Part shown: positions 39,577 through 52,145 of the stretch, in pieces
Numbering within the stretch: the first letter of the stretch is position 1
How the letters are laid out: the number at the start of each line of letters is the position of its first letter
Source: Octopus sinensis
Taxonomy: Eukaryota
Direction: 5' to 3'
Length of the DNA stretch: 64,000 bases
Assembly (NCBI RefSeq): GCF_006345805.1
Contig: NC_042998.1
Coordinates: forward strand, 119,288,001-119,352,000
Program-made: the position numbers and the translations under genes
Notes under the pieces: generated by a model
The model's input: the letters and a program-made list of their open reading frames with translations, nothing else
Database searches by the model: none
Told to the model about the DNA's origin: nothing

Positions 39577-40390
39577 TGTATGTATGTATGTATGTTGTAC
39601 GTACGTACGTATGTATGGATGAATGGATGGATGGATGGATGGATGTGTGTATATGTATGTGCCTGTGCAATGTATGTATATATGTAGGTAGGTAAGTAGG
39701 TAGGTAAGTAGGTAGGTAGATAGGTACATAGGGAGGTATGGAGGTAGGTAGGAAGGTAGGTAAGTAGGTAAGTAGGTATGTAAGGTAGGTAGGTAGGTAG
39801 GTAGGTAGGTAGGTAGGTAGGTAGGTAGGTAGGTAGGTAGGTAGGTAGGTAGGTAAATAGGTAGGTAAGTAGGTTGGTTGATTGGTTGGTAGGTAGGTAG
39901 GTAAGTAGGTAGGTAGGTAGGTAGGTAGGTAGGTAGGTAGGTAGGTAGGTAGATAGGTAGGTAGGTAGGTAGGTAGGTAGGTAGGTAGGTAGGTGGGTAG
40001 GTAGGTAGGTAGGTAGATAGGTAGGTAGGTAGGAATGTAGGTAGGTACGTTGGTTGATTGGTTGGTTGGTAGGTAGGTAGGTAGGTAGGTAGGTAGGTAG
40101 GTAGGTAGGTATGTATGTATGTAGGTAGATATTTATGTATATATGTGCATGTATGTATATGTATTATGAATATAAACATGTATATATGCATGTATATATG
40201 TATGTATGTATATATATATATGTATGCTTGTGTGTATGCTTGTATGTATGCGCGTATGTATACATGTATGTATGCATGCGTATGTATGCATATGTCTGTA
40301 TATATTATACACGCATGTATGTATGTATGTATGTATGTATGTATGTATGTATGTATGTATGTATGTATGTATGTATGTATGTATGTATGT
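39520..40390. repeat. Compound (TATG)n-(TGGA)n-(TAGG)n-(TATG)n microsatellite
   Basis: Direct runs; (TAGG)n with TTGG variants spans about 39685-40110. Confidence 0.95.
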
Positions 40391-40756
40391 GTGTATTTAC
40401 GTATATATGTTTACCGTAACTTTGTATTTAATGGAATTCTTCCTAGAAGGAATGTGCTGGTTTCTAACAAAGGAATGACATAGCGCCATTTCCGTAGGTT
40501 CCCCGCTCGTGAGCGTACATACTATATAGTAGGGGTGCAGCAGTCACGATTCACCGGTCGACCGTATTATTAGGTGAAGCCCCGTCGGTGTCTACACGGT
40601 GGAATCTTTAACTTGCTATGCTGTTGTATGTTGTATGTCTTTGGCTGCATGGGACCCTATGCCTAGGAGGCAATACAACTGTAAATCTAGCACAAAAGTA
40701 GTTCATGTTCGATAACGAGTCGACAACCACAATAAATAAATAAACATGTATCTATC

Positions 40757-40790
<34 letters not shown>

Positions 40791-41001
40791 TGTATGTATG
40801 TATGTATATATATACATATGTCTGAAAGAGTGAGCAACAAGAAGACAGAACAAAAGAGTGAACGAGAGCGAGAGAGCGAGAGAGCGAGAGACAGAGTGAT
40901 AAAGAGAGATAAAGAAAGACAGACATAGTGTGTCTGTGTGTGTGCGCGCGCGCGTGTGCGTGTGTGCGTGTGTGTGTGTGTGCGTGTGTGTGTGCGTGCG
41001 C

Positions 41002-41040
<39 letters not shown>

Positions 41041-41062
41041 TGTGTGCGCGTGTGTGTGAGTG

Positions 41063-41116
<54 letters not shown>

Positions 41117-41159
41117 CGTTTATCTTTATGATCTAAAAGCCGGTATTGTTTATGTGCGT

Positions 41160-41335
41160 GTCAATCTATGTCCCGTAGGTTCACAATTCGGCAAGCAGAA
41201 TTCGTTAAAATAGGTGCCCATGTGTAATAAATACTGGAGTCGATATAATTCACTAATGTAATGAAGATGCTGCTCCAGTATGGCCACTGCCCAATACCTG
41301 AATGATGTAAACAACAAAAGCATTATAAAAGAATT
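41160..41335 (-). mobile_element. Degenerate family-B SINE 3' half
   Basis: GCTGCTCCAGTATGGCCAC and TTCGGCAAGCAG match the reverse complement of the family-B tail. Confidence 0.6.
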
Positions 41336-41405
<70 letters not shown>

Positions 41406-41416
41406 TGTGTAAATGT

Positions 41417-41466
<50 letters not shown>

Positions 41467-41625
41467 TGTAGCGTAAAGACATAAAAATGCTCAATGCAAC
41501 TTTATGTTGGAAGTCTGGAATATCTTATCACATAAATTAACTCACACATACGCACCTTAGTAGATAGATGTGTGTAGGTAAGTAGGTAGGTGGTAGGCAC
41601 TTTAGCATGTACACGAAGGCATATA

Positions 41626-41658
<33 letters not shown>

Positions 41659-41691
41659 GTACGTGTTTCCACTTGTATGTATGTGTATATA

Positions 41692-41752
<61 letters not shown>

Positions 41753-42538
41753 TATGCATGTATGTACACATGCATGCTAGCATACATACATTAATAGGTA
41801 TATATGTATGTATGTATGTATTGAGTTTTATTGACATATAAGAACTTAGAAAGAAGAGCTGCTAGATATCAGAGATATATGTTTGTATATGATATATGTA
41901 TGTTCGTCTGTATGCATATGGCCGTGTATTTGCATATGCGTATATCTACTTCTTTGTGTTTCTGTGCGCTCCTTTGCTATCTTCTTAATCAAACGACATA
42001 TATCTTGTTACCACTAGACATTGAATGATTATCTTCTTGGTTGCGATGTATAACTCGATCTACGCAATATATTTCAATGACTTCATGTTACAAAAATTCT
42101 TCTGGTTTTGAAACTTTTCGTATCAACTATCTTATATAAGCAGCGGCGGTGAATTGGCAGAGTTGTTAGATCTTTGGATAGAGTGTGTTGCGGTATTAGT
42201 TTTGGTAATTTGCCCTCTGAATTCAAATCACGTCAACGTCAATTTTGTCAAGCTTTCAAATTTATTACACCGGTTCTTGTGTTGATAATTTTTACACAAC
42301 CGTAAGGAGGTAGTGATTCCGCCAGGATTAGATGACCAATACACTCTGTATGCAACGATAGCATCCTTATAATTTCATGAGAAGTTGAAGATCCGAGGCA
42401 AAGTATAAGCAACGGACTTTGTATTCCGTATGAAGAACATTCTCTTGACTGCATATACCTTCAACTATATTACTGTTATTCATAATCAATGTCTCTACAT
42501 TCCTCCCTTCTCTCTGTGTGTATGTTGTGTATGTATGT

Positions 42539-42577
<39 letters not shown>

Positions 42578-43064
42578 GTGTGTGTGTGTGTGTGTGTGCG
42601 TGCGTGTGTGTGTGCATAATATATATATATAATCATATCATCATAATGAAGAATAGAGAATTATATATTTTCAGAATTTGTTTATTTCAGTATTATTCTC
42701 CTTAAATTCAAATTCATTTCCTTTCGGACACGTGTTCCTGCTGGATAAGTCTCCTAATGACCATTGATGCATTTATTTGGTTCAGCTGCTGTACATGTTC
42801 ATCCAAGGTAGACATCATTATGAACCTCTGTTCAAGGTTATAACCATGTGGAAGAAGCGAGGAAGGGATTCAAATGTTAGAGTGTACTTCTTATAAATGT
42901 GTGAGTGTTTGCGCGCGCATGTACTTATGTGTTCCCGCGCGTGTGTGTGGGTGCGTGCGTGCGTGCGTGTGCGTGCATGTGTGTGCGCGTGTGTCTGTGT
43001 GTCTGCGTGCGCGCTTGTGTGTGCATGTATAGGAATATGTATAAGCCTTATCAGTGTCACATTC

Positions 43065-43735
43065 TTATTGTATGTTTTGTTGAGGCGCTGGTTAGCAGCG
43101 GAATAGCATCAGAGGGAAAAGTCCTTTAAGAGGCCGAGTGTTAAAAAACACTGAATACCTGAAACCAGGTGGGCAACTCACTGAATACGATGAATATCGA
43201 TATTTCGCTGCATTTGCCGCTCGTCGGCATCCTGCAATCGAATGGAACGAAATGCAATCGCTGGTCTAAAGTATAAAAGCAAATAGGGTAGGATCTATCT
43301 ACTACTGTGCAAAAGCGCCGCACAAGTGAAACAAAACTAATTTTTGAATTATAAGCAGGTCTGATAATGTAAACATTATCGATGTGACGTACTGTATGTG
43401 TTTTATTTAGACGCTCATTAGCTGCGGATTAGCGTCGGAGGGTAAAATCTCTTTATGACGTCGAGTGTTAAAAGACACAGAATATCTCAAACCAGACTAG
43501 TTGACTTGATTGCTCGATGTCGACGAACTGCAAATACAGCAAAATATCAATATCCATCGTTCTCGATCACTTGCAGGGTGAGTTGTTTCGCCTGGTTCGA
43601 TGTATTCAGTATTTCTTAGCATACCCGTAAATAATGACGCTATCCCTTAAATAATGAGCGATCAAACAAAACACATACAGTATGTGACATCGATAATGTT
43701 TACGTCATAGGAGCCGCTTTTGATTCAAAATTCGA
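43065..43735. mobile_element. Palindromic MITE (about 43337-43735) preceded by a partial second copy
   Basis: GTAAACATTATCGATGTGACGTACTGTATGTGTTTT mirrored by AAAACACATACAGTATGTGACATCGATAATGTTTAC; 43065-43160 resembles 43397-43495 in direct orientation. Confidence 0.7.
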
Positions 43736-43766
<31 letters not shown>

Positions 43767-43818
43767 CATACATACATACATACATACATACATACATACA
43801 TACATGTATGTATATATA

Positions 43819-45592
43819 GGAATAAATGTAAGGGTAAGCAAGTTAAGCAAAGTCGATATACAAAAAAATATTAAATATAATTAATACAAAAAATGTATAC
43901 ATATAAAAAAAAGTCCGACATACACAGAATGGAAATGATATCGGGAATTAAGAGGGTTGTGTAGGAGTTTTACTAGTCCAACAGCTGTTTCTGGGGGTTT
44001 GGTAATCCAAAATAATGCTTGTAACTTGATTTTATCATTGGATACCACCAGCCTCCGTCTACAGGAGAAAATTTTACATTTGAAGTGTTGACAGAATGGA
44101 GATTAAATGATTTTGTGGATTTTTTGCGTGTCTTGGTTTAAAATTTTTGGGGAAATGGAAACTTATAATGGGATTATATAGATTTGGCAAAGTGCGTGAA
44201 AGATGCGTAGTACCTGTGTTTACAAGAATAAATAACATCAGAGAATCTATTAAGTAATCCGACTTAGGTCGAATTAGTAAATGCATGCATCATTGATCGT
44301 ATTCTACCACTTGTTCGAACTAACTATAAGCTTTCACTTTGGAATTGCATTTGGTTTCACTCTCTTCATGATAAACAACACGCCCATTTCCTTCAGTTTG
44401 ACATCTCAAATTATTATTCATAAATATCATCAGTTCTTTTAAATAAAATCTTAATCTTCGCCCGAAAATATGCTCCCATCTCCCGATCGGACATCAATAT
44501 TATCCTGGCTGCGAGGAAGACTCTAATTCACGTTAAGGATAATAATTTAACCCGCAACTCATTTGCGGATTACTTCGATATAACCATGAGTGCATTGGAC
44601 TCATCCCAGGTTACTTAAATTAAACAATACTTCCCCAACCTATCCAGCGGACTATACAGGGATGACGCACTGTTTTCAACAATTAGATAATCTCGACCGT
44701 CAGAGGAACGAACTAAGAAAGCCCTATTTTTTAAAAACTATAATCTAAGTATTTCATTCGAAATTGACCCTAAGGTAGCCAATTTCTTAGACGTTACTCT
44801 CGACTTACACACAAATTTATACCACCCTTTCTATAAACAAAACCAATCTTTACAATACATAAATGTCCTCTCTAATCACCTTAAACTTACCCTTACTAGC
44901 GTAGTCATAGACATATATATCAGAATCTCTAGCTTATTTGCTAATGAAGAAATTTTTAACACTCATGCCCCTTACTATAATCAGGCCCTCCAAATAAGCG
45001 GCTTCCGCGAAAACATCTACTATATTCCCAACACTAAGCTTAAAACTCATTTCCCTCAAATAATAGCCATCCCCGCTTCTCTATCTCAACCTTTAATTCT
45101 ATAGCCTTCATACAAGCACAAAGGTCATCTTTCACATGCTACCGAAACCACCCTTCCCCCTTCCTCACACTTTCTACCTCTATTATTATCACTAGCCTCA
45201 TCATTAACCCTAACCCCAAAATCTATTTTCTCCTCCCACTACTCTCTATCTAAAGACACTCCAAGTCCTCTTTCTAATGCACTTAGTTCTCCACAAAATC
45301 ATTCCAGATTTAATCTCCATTCTGTCAACACCTCGAATTTAAGATTCTTCCCTGTAGACGGAGGCTGGTGGTATCCGATGACGGAATTAAGTTGCAAGCA
45401 TTATTTTGTGTCACCAAACCCCCAGAAACAACTGCTCGACTCATAAAACTCCTACTCAACCCCCTTAATTCCCGATATCATTTCCATTCCGTGCAAGACG
45501 GACTTTTTTATATCTATACATAAGTACATTTTTTTACTAATTGTATTTAATAATTTTTGTATAACGATTTGCTTGTCCTTACATCTATTCCT
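43819..45592 (+). mobile_element. Penelope-like element: RT remnant flanked by inverted ~285-bp pLTRs
   Basis: 43819-44110 is the reverse complement of 45308-45592; PLE RT motifs lie in between. Confidence 0.85.
44440..45035 (+). pseudogene. PLE reverse transcriptase fragment
   Basis: YFDITMSALDSSQVT, GLYRDDAL, NFLDVTLDLHTNLYHPFYKQNQSLQYINVLSNH and RISSLFANEEIFNTHAPYYNQALQISGF in broken frames. Confidence 0.9.
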
Positions 45593-45632
45593 CTACCTGC
45601 TCAAGTTCAAATCTCTTGAGCACTACGAAGTG

Positions 45633-45669
<37 letters not shown>

Positions 45670-45839
45670 ATGTGTGTGTGCATGCATGTATGTATGTATG
45701 TATGTATATTTATATATGCATAATTGAATCCATACATATATATATATATATTACATACATAAATAAATACATATATGCATATACATATATATATATATAT
45801 AGATATATATACGGGTGTGTGTGATTGTGTATAGAAGAA

Positions 45840-46290
45840 TATATTAATAAAAGGAATTCCAACCTTGTCTGATTTTCACGTTTTATTTACAATCTTATAA
45901 TGATATAAGATAATATAATATAATATAATAAAATAAAATAAAATAATAGAATGTTAAATGTTCATTCTGATTGAACTAGTACTTTCATGCATTAAATTCT
46001 ACAATCTTCAGGTTCATGTAGTAGTGATGACAGTCATGCTTCACAATTTTTGACTGTAGCGAGATGATTGAATCTGTGCTTTAAATACAGCTGTGTAGGC
46101 TCCAGATGCTAGGTTTTGCAAACTGTATTCTGACCAATCAGTGTGTAGTATCACTCAATTACTTAAGCTGATTGGTTGGTTGAGCTGATTGGTTTAGGCG
46201 TCACGCTTTGTTGGACATGTCAAGAGTCCTGTATCTTAACCCTGGCCGAAGCAGCAATTGTTGGGCTATTTTTAGAAATGTTGTAAATAG
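45840..46290 (-). mobile_element. PLE pLTR-like fragment (CCAATCAG boxes, TATTTAAA, hammerhead, T-rich end)
   Basis: Minus strand: three CCAATCAG/CTGATTGG motifs, TATTTAAAG, then a hammerhead motif. Confidence 0.55.
45972..46016 (-). ncRNA. Minimal type I hammerhead ribozyme motif
   Basis: TGAAC-CTGAAGA-TTGTA(GAATTTAA)TGCAT-GAAA-GTAC-TA-GTTCA: 5-bp helix I, palindromic AGTACT helix III, CUA triplet; U.U at the base of helix II. Confidence 0.65.
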
Positions 46291-46405
46291 CCTTTGTCAG
46301 AGATTTTTATATTTTTTATTATTTCAATTGTCATCATCATCATTGTCAGCACCTTAATTATTGTTGCTAGTGGTGATGGTGGTGGCAATATATATATATA
46401 TATAT

Positions 46406-46506
<101 letters not shown>

Positions 46507-47414
46507 CATACCTCAATCTTGCCAAGCTGACTAAAATATATCTTGCAGAGGAGAAATAATAACACCGAAAGTATCTGTTTCTTTTACACATACACTTTCA
46601 TCTGAAATGTCTATATAGTCAAAGAATCTTCATGAACCGCCTTTCTTGTAGTTATCTTTCTCTTTTGCTTTTACATCTTCAACACTCATAAAGGAAGTAC
46701 TTGTCTATTGATTACTTTGAAAATCTTAAATGAATGTTTTTCTTCTCTTCTCATCATATTACATAACTGATATCCTAGCGGGTTCCTATTTATAATGCAA
46801 TATACATCACTGTGATATTTTACTCTCAGCCATATTATTGACAGATTGTGTTAAACTATTTCTGAAAACACACTTGTAAAATCTGTTTTTTCAGAAACCC
46901 GAGAAATTATAATTGCAGCTAGTAGTAGTAGTAGTAGTAGTAGTAGCGGCTTGTTTACACGTGTTTGCGTCGGCTCTCAAATGTTTGTTGAATTTTGTTG
47001 GAAATATTCCCGTTAATTTTTGTTAGAATTTTAAATAAGACTCCACCTCCCCCCTAATTCAATAGGGAAGAGTGAGACCTCTAAACTGTACTCCTTAGAT
47101 CATGATTGCTTTAATATTCTGTTTTTTTCTGGTTTCGAAATCATGGTGGCGTTAACGCCTACAAGCTGTTTGAATGAGGATGTAGCATGAGGTTTTCACA
47201 CCGCTAGCAGCTTGTCAGAGAGCGGAGGCTGAACAACACCAGCATCATCATCAACAACAACAACAATAACATTAACGAAAGCAACACAAGTAACAGCAAT
47301 GCTTGCGAAGAGGAGGAGCAAACTGCTATGATTACAGTTCAAAGTCCAACTAACATGCCGGAAAACGAAATTAGCAGCAGCAACAATACCAACAACAGTA
47401 GCAGCACCAGCAGT

Positions 47415-47700
47415 GGAGGTGCAATGGCCCAATGGTTAGGGCAGCGGACTCGCGGTCGGAGGATTGCGGTTTCGATTCCCAGACAGGGCGTTGTGTGTGT
47501 TTATTGAGCGAAAACACCTAAAAGCTCCACGATGCTCTGGCAGGGGTGGGGTGACCCCTGTTGTACTCTTTCGCGCCAACTTTCTCTCACTCTTTCTTCC
47601 TGTTTCTTGTCCCTGACTTCCTACGCAACCGCTGAGCCTGGATGCGCATTCATCCATCGGTGTCGGGGGTTGACCTGCTTTCTCTTCTGCGGATCTTACG
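47415..47700 (+). mobile_element. Family-C-related SINE (head and 5' body shared, 3' part divergent)
   Basis: GGAGGTGCAATGGCCCAATGGTTAGGGCAGCGGACTCGCGGTC...GTTTATTGAGCGAAAACACCTAAAGCTCCACG matches the reverse complement of 29975-30095. Confidence 0.8.
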
Positions 47701-48073
47701 AATAGCAAAGGACCACGTTTCGGACTTCTCCCATCTTGCGAGCTCTGGAACGAAGACCGTTCGCTCAACAGCAGCAGCACCAACAGCAGCAACAAGAAAA
47801 ACAGTGATAACAACAGCAACAGCAGCAGCCGTTCAAGAATTTGGACCTGGAGAGCTCCGTTTCCAGCGACTTCGAGGGCCACCTCCCAGTGGTGTCGGGC
47901 GTCAACGAAGAACCCTCGACTAATTTTATTTTTCCAATGTCTGGGTTCTCCCGCCCCTAAGCCCTAGACCATAACCTAATCACCCTTACCCGTCTTGTTG
48001 CTTAACAACAACAACAACCACAACAACAGCAGCAGCAGCAACGAAAGTTGCGGTGGCAACAACAGTAACAAGG

Positions 48074-48374
48074 AAAAACGGCATCGGAGGGGCGATGCAT
48101 ACCCTGCGCGCAGATAAATTTTTTCGCAAATTATATTGTGGCTTACAATGCGTTGCTTACCTGAATTAAGCCTAGTAAGTGTTTGTTTAAAGTTGCTTAT
48201 CGGGAAATTTGTAAGTTCAATTTTTTATAAGTATCACCATTATAGGTATTTATACTCCAGTGAAATTAAGAAATCAACTCGTAAATAAACGAAACCCTCG
48301 AATTCATCACTGTATATATACACACACACAGAGTCGCATATCTATGTATGTATTTATGTATGTATGTATGTATG

Positions 48375-48408
<34 letters not shown>

Positions 48409-49134
48409 TTTATGTATATATGTATGCATATATGTATGTATGTATGTATGTAAGTATGTATGTATGTATGTATGTATGTATGTATGTATGTATGTATGTA
48501 TGTACCCACACGTTACTACGCACATAGGTACACTATGATCTATAAACACGCAGACGATGGTCGATTCATATGAAAAAGAAAGTGAACAAAATGAAATACT
48601 TATAGAGAATATTGTATAGAATTTGAGAAGTGCTTTGAACGACTTTGAATGATAGCAGGAGAATCAAAAGTACTGAAGTTCGTTGTAGAATATAAATAAT
48701 ATGACCACTTGCTTATCGGGAAATTTCTAAGTTCGATTATTTATTTTTCCCTTATTTAAGTGTCGCCATTATAGGTATTTATACTCCGGGGAAATTTTAA
48801 AAAATCAACTCGTAAATAAACGAAACCCTTCGGATCCATCACTGTACACACACATACACACACACAAATACACGCGCGCGCACGCACATATACACACACA
48901 CATACACGTACACACACATATACATATACACACAGTCGCATATCTGTGTATGTATTTATGTATGTTTGCAGATAATCAAACCAAATTTTCATTATTTCGA
49001 GCCACTCATCCAATGAGTATTTCTACCAAATTTGGTGAAAATCCGTCCAGCTGTTTTCCAGTAATTTTGCAAACACACAGACAAGGACGAGTGATTACAA
49101 TAGCCTGCTTTTGCTTATTCGCGCAGGGTAATAA
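48074..49134 (-). mobile_element. HINE/DINE-1-like non-autonomous Helentron derivative
   Basis: Minus strand: 5' TT, subTIR TACCCTGCGCG, inner IR (CCTGC/GCAGG), internal ~520-bp duplication with microsatellites, 3' subTIR CGCGCAGGGTA, hairpin GCATCG-6nt-CGATGC, then TTTTT. Confidence 0.75.
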
Positions 49135-50139
49135 TGACAACAGCAGCAAGAATAACAAGAACATGAATAACGAAGACAGAGAAAATCGAGCGGGCAGCTT
49201 CATAGACAGACAATTTTTTGTTGGGACGGCAGCAAAATCATCGAAATTTTTAAGTTCTCATTAAGCAATAAAGAGACAAGACTCACAGAGGCTAAACAAT
49301 TTGCAAGATGAGAAATTAGCAGCAACTACTAGAAAGACGGTTTCTTATCGCTGCGTGTCAGCTAAAACCAAACGCTTGGAATCAGTGACACAAGCCCAGG
49401 TGGAAAGAGCTATGAAAGAAATATATAGAGGGCAAGACAGCTCGAGAGCGTGGCGGTCCTTTTCACAAGCGAAGTACTCATGTTGAAGCACTCCATAGCT
49501 TTCGTGTATGACAGGTATTTTACCCTCTACCCAACTTATTTAGCGAGAAGTATCTGTTGCGTTAAGATAGACTGCCACTTGATCTGGATATCAGGTGGTT
49601 GCTAGCGTGTAGCACTCGACGACAGTGAAACTTTACTCGAAGTAAAGCGAACGGAGAAGTTTTAGTCTGGAGCCATAGTAGAGATCCTTCTCCAGATCAA
49701 ACCTGGAGAGGTGAAGAAAATCCCAGATCTAATACCCCTACGAAACGGAGTGGAGTGCAAGTTGCGATTGAGGGCCAAAAGCCAAGATCCGACTTATGCG
49801 GTGCAGGAAGCTTCTTCCAAGTTTTCTTCTCTCAAAACAATGGGCAAAAGGAGACCCCACACACACTACTGCCGACACCACAGTACCAAGACCAGAAGTA
49901 ACGTACAGCAGTAGCACGAATAGGAACGAGAACAGCAGTAGCAATTACAACCGAAACTATAACGGCAACACCGAGAAAGCAACAGCAACAACACACAAAA
50001 ATATTCAACTCCTTCTCTATTACTAACCCTCCTTACCATTCCTGTGACAGTCTAGAAATAATCAACTCCTGAGATGTAGTCTTTGTTCTCTAAGTCATCT
50101 AATTTTTGTCTTGCTAAGTCTTGTTTCAATCTTGCTGAA

Positions 50140-50750
50140 AGGTATCTAATGTTGTCTCACTTTTCGCGAATGATGGTGGGCCTTCTGATCCAAGCATATA
50201 TCGTTCTGTTAGTCTCCTCTCGATTGTTAGCAAGGCCTTTGAACGACTCATCAGCAACAGGCTGGTTGAGTTTCTTGAAAGCTTGGAACTCCTTATTGAT
50301 GTTGAGTATGGCTTTCGTGGCTCTCGTTCTGCTGCTGATCTGACTGTTATTACAGACCGCATGCCCCGATTTATGGATTAATCTGAAGAGGATCGTGCTA
50401 TAGCTCTTGATATATCAAACCATTTGATCGGGTTTGGCATGCTGCTTTGCTCCATAAGCTCTCTACCTAATGAGTATGAAGAAAGGTCTTTGACGTTATC
50501 AGGTCAATCCTTTCTTGTCGTTGTGTACATGTGACTCTGAACGGTGTTACACATGAGTATTCTATCAACCTCGGTGTTCCTCAAGGCACTGTTCTTGATC
50601 CAACTCTGTTTCTCATCTACATAAACGATCTTTCTGTCAATGTTCTTCAACTCATTAATGTTTATGCTGATGACACTACTCTTTATTCTTGTTTTCCGGG
50701 TAAGCCCTCTCTCTTGAAACGGTTGGAATTTGCTACTAGTCTTGAGGTGG
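50140..50750 (+). pseudogene. CR1/L2-group (Jockey superclade) LINE RT fragment
   Basis: YRSVSLLSIVSKAFERLI, EYGFRGSRS, ALDIS, DRVWH, GVPQGTVLDPTLFLIYINDL and YADDTTLY in broken frames. Confidence 0.9.
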
Positions 50751-50751
50751 G

Positions 50752-50980
50752 TCCTGTCCAACCTGCCCTTGGGCAAATCCCTTATGCCATTAAACGCCTT
50801 CCATCCGGCCCTTACTCTCCGTGAGATCTCCTTTTCGATATCTTGGCATATATTCACTTCCTGTCCCAGGTAGACATATTCCTTTACCTCCTCTATTTCA
50901 TCACTGCCGATCACCATTCGACCTGTTGGTACGTTGTCTGACTGCATGAACTTCGTTTTCATGCAGTTCATCTTGAGACC

Positions 50981-50983
<3 letters not shown>
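50752..50983 (-). pseudogene. RTE-clade LINE RT C-terminal fragment
   Basis: GLKMNCMKTKFM...IEEVKEYVYLGQ...EISRRVRAGWKAF. Confidence 0.85.
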
Positions 50984-51016
<33 letters not shown>

Positions 51017-51149
51017 AGTAAATTGATCTATAAACAAACCTATAAGGAAAATCGGAAACAGCCGCAAGTCGAATTTACTACAACAAAGAAATGTGCATTA
51101 ACCATTATTTATACCTTGCCTTATATATATATATAGGCGTGTGTGTGTG

Positions 51150-51191
<42 letters not shown>

Positions 51192-51410
51192 TCAATATAG
51201 GGTAGCAAAAAATTCAATAGAAATTTATCGCCACCAGCGGTCTAGTGAGAAAGAGAAAATCGTCAAAGACTATATATATAAATTCAACAACAATTGAGGA
51301 ATGGCCTTAATAGGCCATTCGGCCCACTAGAAAGAGCAGCCAGGACTCAAACCGCCAAGTAGTAGTAATTCAGAAATTAAAGGAAAATTTTAAAACATTT
51401 ACCCAATTCA

Positions 51411-51509
51411 TCTTTAGACAATGCATTGTTTCGGTGTTTTTCATGGCAAACCAGCTTAATTAAATTAAATTAAGTCAATTAACCAAAGGCTACACCTCAT
51501 CGGTAAAGA
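51411..51509 (-). ncRNA. Type I hammerhead ribozyme (U4C core, extended helix II, palindromic helix III)
   Basis: TCTTTA-CCGATGA-GGTGT...ACACC-GAAA-CAATGCATTG-TC-TAAAGA; ACAATGCATTGT is a perfect 12-nt palindrome. Confidence 0.8.
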
Positions 51510-52145
51510 GGCCAGGAGAGACGGATATACACGAGGCATCTGTATCTATGCCCTAGGAATATCTGCCCTAAAATTTTCAAAACCATCGTACTCGCGCCAA
51601 CTTATCAGCAGTAAATATAAACTGCTGATTCAATTTCAGAATTAGTCATAAAATCATCAATTAATCAATATAGGGTAGCAAAAAATTCAATAGAAATTTA
51701 TCGCCACCAGCGGTCTAGTGAGAAGGAAAATTTAAAGGAAAATTTAAAAACATTTACCCTAATTTTAAATTTTTTAAATTTTTAAATTTTTAAATTTTCC
51801 TTTAATTTCTGAATTACTACTACTTGGCGGTTTGAGTCCTGGCTGCTCTTTCTAGTGGGTCGAATGGCCTATTAAGGCCATTCCTCAATTGTTGTTGAAT
51901 TTATATATATAGTCTTTGACTATTTTCTCTTTCTCACTAGACCGCTGGTGGCGATAAATTTCTATTGAATTTTTTGCTACCCTATATTGATTAATTGATG
52001 ATTTTCTGACTAATTCTGAAATTGAATCAGCAGTTTATATTTACTGCTGATAAGTTGGCGCGAGTACGATGGTTTTGAAAATTTTAGGGCAGATATTCCT
52101 AGGGCATAGATACAGATGCCTCGTGTATATCCGTCTCTCCTGGCC

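Noticed and set aside
40485-40746. Solo LTR (TG...AATAAA...CA)
   Set aside because: No target-site duplication and no second copy in the window; left unassigned.
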